Source of the DNA: Patescibacteria group bacterium
Lineage (GTDB): Bacteria; Patescibacteriota; Microgenomatia; Woykebacterales; RBG-16-39-9b
NCBI GenBank assembly: GCA_022574495.1
Contig: JACZRW010000001.1
Span: 1 to 52,549, forward strand
Reading direction: 5' to 3'
DNA length: 52,549 nucleotides
Under the pieces are notes generated by a model, which ran no database searches, was not told the DNA's origin, and was given only the letters and a program-made list of their open reading frames with translations. The stretch's first letter is position 1, and each line of letters begins with the position of its first letter. Shown here piece by piece: positions 20,783-31,010 of this stretch. Made by a program: the position numbers and the translations under genes.

Positions 20783-21689
20783 TTACCAAAACAGAAGCTA
20801 ACCACAACACTACAGTAATTGCTAGCGGAAGGTCTTTCACGAGTATTTTTTCTGGGGAATCCTCTCCTTTACCTTCAAAAATCAAAAGAAGATAGCGGAA
20901 TATTCCATAAACCACCAATGGTATAGTTGCCATCAACCATTTAGGTGAAGCTAAAGTTTGTGGCAAGTATGATACTATGAATTCTTTACTTTGAATTTCC
21001 AACTCGTTAAAAGTGAAAAGGCTGTAGGTTATTAAGGTCGCGGAACCCATCATGAATGTTATCCCATCAAGAAGTTTTGTTGGATAATAATAAAGGGTTT
21101 TTCTGTGCTTACCAGCGAGTTTAATGGTAAGCAAAGTGAGCTCTGACCTCCTCTTACCCACTGCTAAAAGTAAAGATAACATCATTGTAGTTAGTATCAA
21201 CCAAGAAGATAAAGGTACTAGGACAACAATAGAACCAGCGAAGATTCTAAGCATAAATCCAATTGCGATTGTTATAATATCCAAAAGGATTATGTATTTT
21301 AAAATTAAGTTGTAAGTAACTTGCAAAAGCACAAAAGCAAGAGCTATTATAAAGAAGTTAAAAGATAAGGTATAACTAAGATACAAGCCTAATAAAGTTA
21401 GCCCTGCTGCGATTATTAAAGCTGTTTTTCTACTTAATAATCCTCTTGCTAAGGGCCTATATTTTTTGTAAGGGTGTAATTTGTCATTTTCAATATCTAT
21501 AACGTCGTTAATCAAGTACATGCCGGAAGAAAGTATTACAAAAATCCAGAATGATGCAAAAACTGGCCAAAATAAACCTTGATTTAATAAATCACCAGAA
21601 AATAGGATAGCTGCAAAAACGGATAAATTTTTCATCCATTGCAAAGGACGAAGGCTAATAATGATTTGTAATAGAATAAAACGGTTCAC
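20757..21689 (-). CDS. UbiA-family decaprenyl-phosphate phosphoribosyltransferase-like protein
   Basis: RPLQWMKNL, YLINDVID...D.LHP.KK.RPLA and GKRRSEL motifs. Confidence 0.88.
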   Translation of the reverse strand: MNRFILLQIIISLRPLQWMKNLSVFAAILFSGDLLNQGLFWPVFASFWIFVILSSGMYLINDVIDIENDKLHPYKKYRPLARGLLSRKTALIIAAGLTLLGLYLSYTLSFNFFIIALAFVLLQVTYNLILKYIILLDIITIAIGFMLRIFAGSIVVLVPLSSWLILTTMMLSLLLAVGKRRSELTLLTIKLAGKHRKTLYYYPTKLLDGITFMMGSATLITYSLFTFNELEIQSKEFIVSYLPQTLASPKWLMATIPLVVYGIFRYLLLIFEGKGEDSPEKILVKDLPLAITVVLWLASVLVIIYALPLQ

Positions 21690-22780
21690 TTTAAATTAAA
21701 TCTTTTGAGCAGAATTGAAAAAGTCACTAGCCCTGCAAATGATAAAACAAAAACCATTATAATAGCAAAAAATTTTCCCCTTGAGTCTAAACTCAAGGCA
21801 AAAGCAGCCAGCACCATCGTTATTAGGTAGTAAAATATTGCAATTTTTGGTATTTTCCAACCTAGAGCTAGGAGTTGGTGATGCAGGTGTTCTTTATCAC
21901 CCCAGACTGGGGATCTGCCCTTTAGTAGTCTTCTCCCGATTGCCCATAAGCCGTCTATCAGTGGAACGGCTATTACTATCAGTGCGACAGCGAGTTTACC
22001 ACCAGCTAAAATCGATAAAACTGCTATTAAATACCCAGAGAGAGCCCCGCCACTATAGCCAGGCATGATTTTCTGAGGGTAAAAACTCCAAGGTAAGAAT
22101 CCCAAAAATGAACCAGCCACTATAAAAGAGAGTATAGCTAATGGTACTTGATTAGGATCGACTTCTAAATACCCTATCGCAACAAAACCAAGTGTGATCG
22201 CCGCAATTGCTGTTATTCCCGAGAGTTGGCCGTCTATTCCAGAAGACCAGTTCATAGCGTTCATAAGCCATACAATCCACAATAGCGCAAAGATATCTGC
22301 AAATAATACTATGGTATGTGGGCCTCCGAATAAACCACCCTCGGGGAGAGAAAAATAGTATATGATATCATCAAAGCGGATTTGCCCGTCAAAAGGGTTT
22401 GCGATCCAAGTAATACCAACTCCAAAAGCAACTACCACTCCGGCTGCTAGAAAATTGCTAGCTAGTCTAAAATAAGGGCTTATATTATATTTATCATCTA
22501 AAATACCAACAGTAACTACGATAGAAGCACCAAGAAAAACCCCAATCACCTGTTTTGTTATTAAGCTAGCATCAAAAACCGCCAGTAAGATGTAAATTAA
22601 GATAATGGCGGAAAAAATAGCTAAACCACCGCCTCTTGGGATGGGTTTCTTGTGCAATATTGCTGGGTGAGATCTTGTGGGATAGTCTATAAGTGAGAAT
22701 TTCTTGGCTAATTTTATGACAAGTGGCGTTATTAAAAATGAAGCGATAAATCCAAAAACTGCTGCCCAGTAAATTATCAT
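21686..22780 (-). CDS. MraY/WecA/TagO-family polyprenyl-phosphate HexNAc-1-P transferase
   Basis: PRGGGLAIF, GILDD, NAMNWSSGIDG and DKEHLHHQL motifs. Confidence 0.9.
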   Translation of the reverse strand: MIIYWAAVFGFIASFLITPLVIKLAKKFSLIDYPTRSHPAILHKKPIPRGGGLAIFSAIILIYILLAVFDASLITKQVIGVFLGASIVVTVGILDDKYNISPYFRLASNFLAAGVVVAFGVGITWIANPFDGQIRFDDIIYYFSLPEGGLFGGPHTIVLFADIFALLWIVWLMNAMNWSSGIDGQLSGITAIAAITLGFVAIGYLEVDPNQVPLAILSFIVAGSFLGFLPWSFYPQKIMPGYSGGALSGYLIAVLSILAGGKLAVALIVIAVPLIDGLWAIGRRLLKGRSPVWGDKEHLHHQLLALGWKIPKIAIFYYLITMVLAAFALSLDSRGKFFAIIMVFVLSFAGLVTFSILLKRFNLK

Positions 22781-22781
22781 T

Positions 22782-23117
22782 TCAGCTTACTAGGAGCAAA
22801 ATTTTTATTAGGGAATAACTAAGTATGACACCAAATATTACACTGCTCCATGTAATTATTCTAATTAGATTAGTAGATACCAACATTTTTGAAATAATGT
22901 GATTTACTATTAGCACCAATACCATAAGTGTTGGTATTAGCCATAGCCAAAATGGATTTGCCAACCGTTCTGGTCCCCAAACCCTTGAGTACCATAAAGG
23001 AATTTCAGGTGGGTATTGTTCAACTCTACTTATTAAGTATGAAGTTAGAAGTATTAGTATAACTAAACTTAATAATGCTATTGGATTAGAAGGCCTGAGA
23101 ATTCTTACCAAGTACAT
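22782..23117 (-). CDS. Small membrane protein (DUF1648-like 'P.EIPLWYS' motif)
   Basis: About 3 TM segments; lies within the operon. Confidence 0.65.
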   Translation of the reverse strand: MYLVRILRPSNPIALLSLVILILLTSYLISRVEQYPPEIPLWYSRVWGPERLANPFWLWLIPTLMVLVLIVNHIISKMLVSTNLIRIITWSSVIFGVILSYSLIKILLLVS

Positions 23118-24621
23118 ATATTTTGTATCCTTCTGAAGCAGCAAAAAGATTATAGCGTCTCTTTATTAAGCTGTCTAATTCCGGAAAGGGTTTAGGTCCA
23201 AATTCGTCGACAAGTATATAAGCTGGTTCATCTTTTCTTAGTTCCTGTATCACTACTTTTTTTGCAGAATCGCTTCCCAAAATATGAAAAGCAGTTATAT
23301 ATTTACTAGCTGGCTCTCTTTGAGACAGAAAGTATATCGCTGGTTGGTTTCCCCACAAATAGACACTACCTTTAGAGTTTGTTCTTAAGTTTTCACACTC
23401 CTTACTGTCCTGATTAGCAAAACAGCCACTGACTAAAGAAGATATCGAGTAAATTCTACTGGTGTTTAAATCAAAGCTGTTCTGATAGTCTTCGCTAGAA
23501 GTTCTATTTAAAATAAAATTGAAAAAATTCGGATAATATCTTAAATTAACATTAGGCAAAAATCCTAGAAGGAAACTAAGTAATAGTGCAAACGAAGTTA
23601 TGGCTACACCAAACTTCCTAAATTTAGCCTTAGTAATGGTTCTACCAATGATTATTGATAACGGGGCCAGCGGTTGAATCATGTAATGAATGTAGGGTCT
23701 ACCGCCAAATACAGCACCGTAGTAGCTAAATATAAGCCAAATTAGCAAAAATTCGGTGGTCCCAAATTTTCCACTGAGGCTTTTCCCTTTTTTCGATAGC
23801 ACCCTCCAGAAAAAGTATGCGGCTATTGCAATTAGAGGAAGAGCTTTTACTATCAGCAGCCCATTAGGAATGATAAATTCGTTACCATAATTGGTATAGG
23901 ATAAATTAAACAAAAATGCAGTATTAATATAAGAAGCAAGAGCCCCTTTTGAAGCAAAATATACAAATGTAAGTCCAAACGGTATTACTAGACCAACAGT
24001 CAGTTTTACTAGATTTAAAATTACCACCTTCGATTTTTCGTTATTGATAGATAAAGCTAGAAAGATAAAAAAGGCACTAAAAGCAAAAAATGCAGGTAGA
24101 TTCAATAATATTGCTGAAGAAAAGAAGGCTCCAGATAATAAGTAGCGCTTCTTCAAACCAAGGAATATAGCTAAACAGATAGGAAGTATCGCGATAATTT
24201 CATTATTGAAGATATTCCCGGCAAGAAACGGAGTTGAAGTAAGAATGCTTAAGGTTAAGACCGAGAAGAGCGCAGTTTTCCTGTCGAAAAGTTTTTGTAC
24301 TAAAGAGTAATAAACAACAAGTGTCGTTAGCACCCAAAACGTCAGCATAAATTTAAGTGACCATAGGGTTTCCCCTAATATAGTGAAAGACCACGCCGCT
24401 AAATAGTAAATTCCTGGGGTTTTATGATCAAAGATATCAACATATAGTAAACCCCCACGATTTATTTCTTGGCCTATTGTCGAATAGATAGCCTCGTCGA
24501 CATTCCATAAAGGCTCAAAAAATGAAGGTAGTCTTACTAAGAAGGTAAGAGAGAGGATAATTAGTAAAGCTTTATTTGACAAAATATACGATTCAGTTTT
24601 TTCAAGTATGGCCGCTAACAT
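23086..24621 (-). CDS. GT-C fold (ArnT/PMT-like) integral membrane glycosyltransferase
   Basis: DEAIY...LYVDIFDHKTPG loop after TM1; many TMs. Confidence 0.82.
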   Translation of the reverse strand: MLAAILEKTESYILSNKALLIILSLTFLVRLPSFFEPLWNVDEAIYSTIGQEINRGGLLYVDIFDHKTPGIYYLAAWSFTILGETLWSLKFMLTFWVLTTLVVYYSLVQKLFDRKTALFSVLTLSILTSTPFLAGNIFNNEIIAILPICLAIFLGLKKRYLLSGAFFSSAILLNLPAFFAFSAFFIFLALSINNEKSKVVILNLVKLTVGLVIPFGLTFVYFASKGALASYINTAFLFNLSYTNYGNEFIIPNGLLIVKALPLIAIAAYFFWRVLSKKGKSLSGKFGTTEFLLIWLIFSYYGAVFGGRPYIHYMIQPLAPLSIIIGRTITKAKFRKFGVAITSFALLLSFLLGFLPNVNLRYYPNFFNFILNRTSSEDYQNSFDLNTSRIYSISSLVSGCFANQDSKECENLRTNSKGSVYLWGNQPAIYFLSQREPASKYITAFHILGSDSAKKVVIQELRKDEPAYILVDEFGPKPFPELDSLIKRRYNLFAASEGYKIYVLGKNSQAF

Positions 24622-24669
24622 TTTATTTTACTTCTGTTATAACTCACAAAACTTTATTTGTAAATTAGT

Positions 24670-26328
24670 TTACTCTATTTTATAGATAAAAATGCTATAA
24701 CCTGCTTTTGCGATAGGTTTATATTTATCGATAACCCAGGAGTAATTTTTCTCACTATCTTCATTGAAGGCTATTACCGAGGTTGATAAAGCCAGATAAC
24801 CCTTATAATTAGTGTCGTTTGGAGTTAGGTTTGTAGTAGGAATATTGTAATATTCAGACGAATAATGACCGGTGTAGTTATCTAAAGCAATTGATTCTAT
24901 ATTATTATTTCGAACGTATTCATCTAGTCTTTTAATATCCTGACCCCAGTCATAGTTGGAATCATTAGATACCTTCCAACCATTTTCTGTCCCCCCAAAA
25001 GCTATATTATAGTAACTTAAGTACCCTGGAAAAGTTGATACGGACGACCAAGATCTAGCCACTACTATTATTAAAATAATTAGGGTAATACCAGCAAGAG
25101 AAATCTTTTTCTTAGTTGCCTTTTGCATCAATCTTATTAAAGTAACAAGTGCTCCTGCACCAAATATGAATATGAATGGGTATATTGGCAAGATATGACG
25201 CACGCCAATATTGAACTTAGTGGTTAGTGCAAGGCCGAAAAAAGTTATTGGTATCAGCAAAATTAGGAATAATTGTTTTCTGGATAAATTTATTTTTTTA
25301 GTAATTATATAAATTACGAATAACAAAAGGGATAATAAAGTGGTGATTTGGGTTTTAGCCAAGAAAAGTACTGGAAAGTAATACCACCGACTACCATAAT
25401 AACTTTCCCCGAGTAAATAAGAAAAGCGTAGGTCTCCGGACAGCTCATCTAGGACTATGGCTAAGCCGGTGAAGTATTGGATTGGTAAAAAGCCAAGTAT
25501 CCCACGATCCCGAAACGAAAGAACCCCATAGAAAAGGGAGATGATCAAAAGCACACCAATTACGGTATAGATTAGATGTTTCCAAGGTTTTCGGGATTGG
25601 GTCAAATAGATTGTTATCATCGAAATTAGAATTAACGGAAATATGACAAAAGTTGAATATTTACTAAGAAGCGCTAGACTCAAAGATAAAATTAAAAAAA
25701 CTAATCTTTTTGTAGATTGTTTCTCATAATAAATCCAAAGAGCGAATACCGTCATTACTACGAATCCACTAGCTGCTAAATCAGTATTCACCAGACTTCC
25801 GTGAGCTAATATATTGGGTTCGGTAGCGAAGAAAAACGTAGCGATAAATGCAGCTATACTCCCGAATAGTTTTTTTGTGAATAAGAAAATAATTACACCA
25901 AAGAATACGGTTAGCATAATCATTGGAATCCTTGTCGAGAGAAGAATTCCGTCAGGGTCGTTTCCACTGTAATTTAAAAACCTTCTTGAAGCACCAAACA
26001 TCTTCCCAATATCAAAATCATTTTTTTGGTTGGCGTATCCTGGATCCGTTCGGTCAAGTTTTATATCCTGGAAAAGTAAAGGAGCGGCGGCAAGAGATTT
26101 TGCAAAAAGAGGGTGTTCTGGGTCTATATAGTCATGGCCGTATTTTAAAGCAGCGTATCCTGAAAGAATGTGAGGAGGCTCATCGCTGGTAGAGGCATCG
26201 TTTATAATGGAGGCAAACATTAGAAGACCCATGAAGTAAAGGATAATAAGGGTGGCTAAGGGGATTAAAATTTGTGTTTTGTTTTTTTTTAAAAAAACGG
26301 TGATTTTTGGTAGTATTTGTTCAGTCAT
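24670..26328 (-). CDS. GT-C fold (GT39/PMT_2-like) glycosyltransferase
   Basis: TSDEPPH, PEHPLFAK, G.RH.LP and DSNYDWGQD motifs. Confidence 0.85.
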   Translation of the reverse strand: MTEQILPKITVFLKKNKTQILIPLATLIILYFMGLLMFASIINDASTSDEPPHILSGYAALKYGHDYIDPEHPLFAKSLAAAPLLFQDIKLDRTDPGYANQKNDFDIGKMFGASRRFLNYSGNDPDGILLSTRIPMIMLTVFFGVIIFLFTKKLFGSIAAFIATFFFATEPNILAHGSLVNTDLAASGFVVMTVFALWIYYEKQSTKRLVFLILSLSLALLSKYSTFVIFPLILISMITIYLTQSRKPWKHLIYTVIGVLLIISLFYGVLSFRDRGILGFLPIQYFTGLAIVLDELSGDLRFSYLLGESYYGSRWYYFPVLFLAKTQITTLLSLLLFVIYIITKKINLSRKQLFLILLIPITFFGLALTTKFNIGVRHILPIYPFIFIFGAGALVTLIRLMQKATKKKISLAGITLIILIIVVARSWSSVSTFPGYLSYYNIAFGGTENGWKVSNDSNYDWGQDIKRLDEYVRNNNIESIALDNYTGHYSSEYYNIPTTNLTPNDTNYKGYLALSTSVIAFNEDSEKNYSWVIDKYKPIAKAGYSIFIYKIE

Positions 26329-26380
26329 GAGCAGACAACAAAAATATTAAACTAACTTTAGTGTATTCTCAACACTTTCT

Positions 26381-27847
26381 TTAAGATTTCTTTTTACCAA
26401 TCTTTTCGGTTACCTGGTAATCTAGTCTCTTTCCCAATATTAACCTAGTGTGAGCATCCATTCCTGGAAGAGCTCCGAATAAAAAACCAGTCACTGGTAA
26501 TAGTATGTATTGAAGAATTGTAAAAGGTAAGAAACTTTTCTTGAAGTAGTCCGGTCTTGGTGGTTTAAGCAACCAATCAACAATGATGACCGCCACAATA
26601 AATATTGTACAAATTGTTAAGATAACACCAGATATTCTCGGCAAATAAAACCCTAAGGCAGTGTATTTGAAGGTGGGGTTGATTAACGGTGGAAGGGTTG
26701 CTCCTAAGGTTAGTATAAACCAGTTCGCCGGCCAAAGTAAGTGCTGCTCCAGAGATCTTAGGATTCTAAAAAAAGAATTCACCCAGGAAAGTTCGTTTCT
26801 TTTTCGCCAAAATTCGGAAATTGCGTATCCAATGTCGGTTACACCCCAAGCCCAACGACGGCTTTGATTATATTGACTTCGTAGAGACTCCCAATAAGTA
26901 TTTCCTTCAGCGGCATCAGCAAATAAAGGCAAATATATAGGTTCAAGTTCTATTTTTCCTTCATGAGAAAAGAATGATTTAAAGAAAAAATGCCAATCTT
27001 CAGCCACCACGTCTACGTCCCAAAAATCAGCCTTTTCTAGTAGATTCCAAGAGAAGGAGTAGGTTGAAAAATTAAAATTTGAGGCTGGACGTAAAAGCTC
27101 AGCAATATTATTTATTGAATAAACGGTATGAACGACTCTTACAAATATTGGTACTCTCCAAATGTTGTTATAGAAAACTAAAGCGCCTTGCCAAATTCTT
27201 AAGTACCTATTAGGATTTGTCAGGAATTTATAAGTTAAATTTGAAAGATATTTAGGGTGAATGGAGACATCAGCATCACAAGAAGTAGCCAAAATAAAGT
27301 TTTTGTCGTAACCTTTTTCATCAATAAATTCTTTTACTTTTCTACCAGAGTAAGCGAGATTAGAGGATTTACCAGCTATTTCGCCAATGATTAAAGGATG
27401 GACGGTTATCCAAAAATTTTCAAAGTGCCTTGAGTATTTTTTCTGAAGTCTCTTAGCCTTCTCCTTGGCTCCTGTGTCTCGTTCCTCAATACCTAGGGAG
27501 ATCGATACTTGTTTTGTGGGAAATTCTTGTTCTACCAAAAAACCAAAAGTACGATCTAAGATGTCCTCTGGCTCTTTGTAGGTGGGGATAAAAATTACAT
27601 GTCTAATATTAGAGTAATTTAGTTTTTCCTGACGCATGATTTTTAGCCAAAATTTCGCTGAATCTTTTTTTATTTTAAGATAACCACGAACTGAATTAAT
27701 TCCTAAATTAGAAGCTTTCCAGAAAAAATAGATATCAAATAAAATTACGAAGTAAGCTATAGCAGTGGGAACTATAAAAGCACCCCAGAAGGGGATTGTT
27801 AGAATTGTCCAAGATACATAAGCTGGTAATTTTTCTAGGAAATTCAT
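26381..27847 (-). CDS. Membrane GT2-family glycosyltransferase
   Basis: IPTYKEP, GKSSN, DAD, EDW and QSRRWAWG (QxxRW) motifs. Confidence 0.88.
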   Translation of the reverse strand: MNFLEKLPAYVSWTILTIPFWGAFIVPTAIAYFVILFDIYFFWKASNLGINSVRGYLKIKKDSAKFWLKIMRQEKLNYSNIRHVIFIPTYKEPEDILDRTFGFLVEQEFPTKQVSISLGIEERDTGAKEKAKRLQKKYSRHFENFWITVHPLIIGEIAGKSSNLAYSGRKVKEFIDEKGYDKNFILATSCDADVSIHPKYLSNLTYKFLTNPNRYLRIWQGALVFYNNIWRVPIFVRVVHTVYSINNIAELLRPASNFNFSTYSFSWNLLEKADFWDVDVVAEDWHFFFKSFFSHEGKIELEPIYLPLFADAAEGNTYWESLRSQYNQSRRWAWGVTDIGYAISEFWRKRNELSWVNSFFRILRSLEQHLLWPANWFILTLGATLPPLINPTFKYTALGFYLPRISGVILTICTIFIVAVIIVDWLLKPPRPDYFKKSFLPFTILQYILLPVTGFLFGALPGMDAHTRLILGKRLDYQVTEKIGKKKS

Positions 27848-27848
27848 A

Positions 27849-28652
27849 TTATAAATTTAGTAAATCTCTAGAATTTTTATTTGTAATTTCTGAAATCTTA
27901 TCAAAAGATACCTTTTTTACTTCAGCTAATTTTTCAGCAGTAAGTCTAACCCGATAAGGTTCATTTCTTGTTCCTCGGTGTGGCTCTGGTGGCAAGTAAG
28001 GTGCATCTGTCTCCACTAGTATTTTATCAAGGGGAACAGATTTTGCCGCCTCCCGAATGTAGTCGTTTCCCTTGTAAGTTAGATTGCCGGAAAATGATAT
28101 ATACAAACCAAGATCTAAAAATTTCTTGGCTTGATCTATAGTTCCCATAAAACAGTGAACCAATCCTCTGAGATCATTATACTCCTTAATTGATTCATAG
28201 AGTTCATCGTAGGCGTTTCGACAGTGGAAAAGTATTGGTAAGCTTAATTTTCTAGCGAGTTCTATCTGCCCTTTTAAAATTTTTTCCTGATTTTTTAAAT
28301 TTGGTTTTGGATATCCTTGTAGTTCGTTAGAACGCAAGACGCGAAGCGGCTTATACTCATGATTATCCAATCCAATTTCTCCTATGGCCACCACTTTTGG
28401 TTTCTTCGCAAGATTTTCCAATTTATATATCCAATCTGTTTTCCACTCATCTTCATGGTGCGGGTGCACCCCAACGGCTGCATAAAAATTAGGAATTTTT
28501 TGAGCAAGCTCTACCCCAGATTTGGATGATTCAATTCTCGCTCCGACATTGATAATTACATCGAGTTCCTTAGAGTTTATTTTAACCACCTCATCTCGAT
28601 CATTATCATAGGCTTCAAATTGTAAGTGGGCGTGGGTGTCTATTAATTTCAT
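27849..28652 (-). CDS. tatD: TatD-family nuclease
   Basis: IDTHAHL, GVHPH, GEIGLD and ETDAPYL motifs. Confidence 0.95.
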   Translation of the reverse strand: MKLIDTHAHLQFEAYDNDRDEVVKINSKELDVIINVGARIESSKSGVELAQKIPNFYAAVGVHPHHEDEWKTDWIYKLENLAKKPKVVAIGEIGLDNHEYKPLRVLRSNELQGYPKPNLKNQEKILKGQIELARKLSLPILFHCRNAYDELYESIKEYNDLRGLVHCFMGTIDQAKKFLDLGLYISFSGNLTYKGNDYIREAAKSVPLDKILVETDAPYLPPEPHRGTRNEPYRVRLTAEKLAEVKKVSFDKISEITNKNSRDLLNL

Positions 28653-28772
28653 GAGTGAGATTATACCATTTAGGTTGAAATAGATAACATCGAACTCGAC
28701 GAGAAACCCTAGCGCAAGCTGTATAAGCGGCTTTAGTTGCTTTTAGCAACACAGGATTCTAACGAAGTGAAT

Positions 28773-28811
28773 CCTATAGTACTTGACTTTTAGGCTGTTT
28801 TCTGCTATAAT
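28773..28811 (+). promoter_or_regulatory. Cassette promoter 2 with CCTATAGT motif
   Basis: cctatagt-ac-TTGACT-17bp-TATAAT with extended -10 TG. Confidence 0.8.
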
Positions 28812-29001
28812 ATAGGAGTACTTTAAGGTAAATATATACGTTACAAGTGAAGGCATCTTGTAACTGGATTGAATCTTCGCCCGCTACTTGGTATCTAACC
28901 AAGAAGCTATTATTCTCTCTGGTTACTAGGTGCCCTTTTAGGTATCTTGGAGAGTGCAGGCCAGAAGAGTCTGTGTTCTTGTATCAAAGTAGGAGGTAAA
29001 G

Positions 29002-29343
29002 GTGAGTAAGTTGATTTTGGAGAATAAGCCGTTAAAGTTCGAGCTCTTGAAGCTCGAGTGTTCATGCGGTACCATCCTTCAGGCTTTCCAGCCTGATGAA
29101 GGGGAGTACCCTGACGTTGAGGGGGAGATGATAGGTGTTCCGACCTTAAGCTCATTCGAACCCTGGTGGACAGAACGTGCCGACGAGGAGGATCGGGGTT
29201 GGGCCGCCAAGGAGGAGGAGAAATTCATTGAGGGCGGGCTCTATGCCGCCAGCCTCGAGGATGCGTTGCGAAAGCAGCCTGTCCATGACGTCTTTTCAAC
29301 TGGCGGCGTTCTGATCAAGACTGGCCACAAAACGGACACCTAG
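29002..29343 (+). CDS. Hypothetical 113-aa acidic protein with a CxC motif (cassette cargo)
   Basis: SD aggaggt before the GTG; GC-rich codons; ECSCG. Confidence 0.75.
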   Translation: MSKLILENKPLKFELLKLECSCGTILQAFQPDEGEYPDVEGEMIGVPTLSSFEPWWTERADEEDRGWAAKEEEKFIEGGLYAASLEDALRKQPVHDVFSTGGVLIKTGHKTDT

Positions 29344-29550
29344 CCTCAAACCTCGTCTGCTCTGACGCGACGGAAAAATAAGTTCAGAGAATGTGCGCGG
29401 TGCTGAGACTTTGTTGAAGCACAACAAGCGTGCGGGCTGGAGGGGAAATGTTCGGCAACGAACCTCTTCTCCTCCAGTTAATAAGGTTGCAATGACTTGG
29501 CTCCACGTGCCGCAGCTGGATAACCAACTAAAAGTCAATAAATTGGAAAT

Positions 29551-29578
29551 GCGACCTAGCGATAGGTCGTTTTTCTTT
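29551..29578 (+). terminator. Intrinsic terminator closing the 29-kb cassette
   Basis: gcgaccta-GCGA-taggtcgt-tttt. Confidence 0.8.
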
Positions 29579-29582
29579 GGAA

Positions 29583-31010
29583 TTATTTTATTCTCGGAAA
29601 AAGTGGTTTTTCGCTTTTTATCTTGGGTCCAGAAAATTGTTTGGTGATTTTTTCCGAAGTCTCTGGTAGGAATGGTTTTAAATCAAAAGCGATTTCTTCT
29701 ATGCGATTTACTAAAGTTTCCAAAACTACTTTGATTCCTAAATCGGATATTTCCCAAGGTCTCTCTTTTTCTATATAAAGATCGACAGCACGGATATTTT
29801 CCCAGATAAAGTTTAAGGCTTCGTTGAATTTCAAATTTTCTATAGCGTGTTCAAGTTCTGGGGAAAACTTCTTTGTAGTCCTTTTGATACTGCCCGCATC
29901 GACATTATTAATTTCCAGTAACTTTGATACTCTAGACACTAAATTTCCTAAGCCATTTGCAAGATCGGCGTTGTAAACTTCTTCAAATCTTTCAATAGAA
30001 AAATCACCGTCATTACCGAATGGGATATCTTTTAACAGAAAGTATCGGACTGGGTCGCGCCCATATTTATCTACCAATTCATTTGGATGGGTTACATTTC
30101 CCACCGACTTACTTATTTTTTCACCCTCCACTGTTAAGTAACCATGGACGTATATAGATTTTGGTAGTGGCAAACCTGCAGAAAGTAATATCGCTGGCCA
30201 ATAAACAGCATGAAAACGCAATATCCCTTTACCAATTAGATGTATATTAGCCGGCCACCATTTCTTGAATTTTTTCTCATCTGTTCCGTATCCGATGCCG
30301 GTTAGATATATTCCTAAGGCATCAAACCAAACGTACATTATCTGTTTCGAATCTCCTGGCACTTCTACACCCCAGCCTTTCGCGCGTTTTACGGAACGAG
30401 AAATACTAAAGTCTTCCAAACCTTGGTTGATAAATCCTAGAACTTCATTTTTTCTTTCTTGGGGGACAATTTTTAATTCATCCGATTTAATCAGTTCCTT
30501 TAGTTGAGATTCATATTTTGAAAGCTTAAAAAAGTAATTTTCTTCGCTTACAAGTTCTACTTTTGTCTTATGCTCCGGACATTTCCCATCGATTAGCTCG
30601 TTTTTAGTATAAAATAGTTCACACCCAACACAGTAAAGGCCTTTATAAGGTTTCTTAAATATATCTTTTTCAGCTAGTTTCCAAAGTTTCTGGACTCCTG
30701 GCCAGTGATTTTTTTTGCTTGAACTACGGAAAAAATAATTGTATGAAAAATTTAAGATTGATTTAAGATCCGCAAACTCTTTAGCATAAGTATCGCAAAG
30801 GTGTTGTGTAGAAACCCCGGCCTCTTCCGCCGCCTTTACATTTTTTAAACTATTTTCATCTGCTCCAGTCAATAGATAAGTATCCACACCCTTTTGTCGA
30901 GAATATCTCGCCATAACGTCGCCTTGCACAGCTTCTAGTGCGAAACCAATATGAGGTGCGGCATTTACGTATGGTATTGCCGTTGTTATATAAAATTTAC
31001 CTTTGTTCAT
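29583..31010 (-). CDS. metG: Methionine--tRNA ligase (short form without the C-terminal tRNA-binding domain)
   Basis: YITTAIPYVNAAPHIGF, zinc-knuckle cysteines, YVWFDAL and KISKS motifs. Confidence 0.97.
   Translation of the reverse strand: MNKGKFYITTAIPYVNAAPHIGFALEAVQGDVMARYSRQKGVDTYLLTGADENSLKNVKAAEEAGVSTQHLCDTYAKEFADLKSILNFSYNYFFRSSSKKNHWPGVQKLWKLAEKDIFKKPYKGLYCVGCELFYTKNELIDGKCPEHKTKVELVSEENYFFKLSKYESQLKELIKSDELKIVPQERKNEVLGFINQGLEDFSISRSVKRAKGWGVEVPGDSKQIMYVWFDALGIYLTGIGYGTDEKKFKKWWPANIHLIGKGILRFHAVYWPAILLSAGLPLPKSIYVHGYLTVEGEKISKSVGNVTHPNELVDKYGRDPVRYFLLKDIPFGNDGDFSIERFEEVYNADLANGLGNLVSRVSKLLEINNVDAGSIKRTTKKFSPELEHAIENLKFNEALNFIWENIRAVDLYIEKERPWEISDLGIKVVLETLVNRIEEIAFDLKPFLPETSEKITKQFSGPKIKSEKPLFPRIK

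Noticed and set aside
29296..29647. Track ORFs 29296-29538 and 29393-29647
   Set aside because: No SD; they cross strong hairpins, and the second runs through the terminator into metG.
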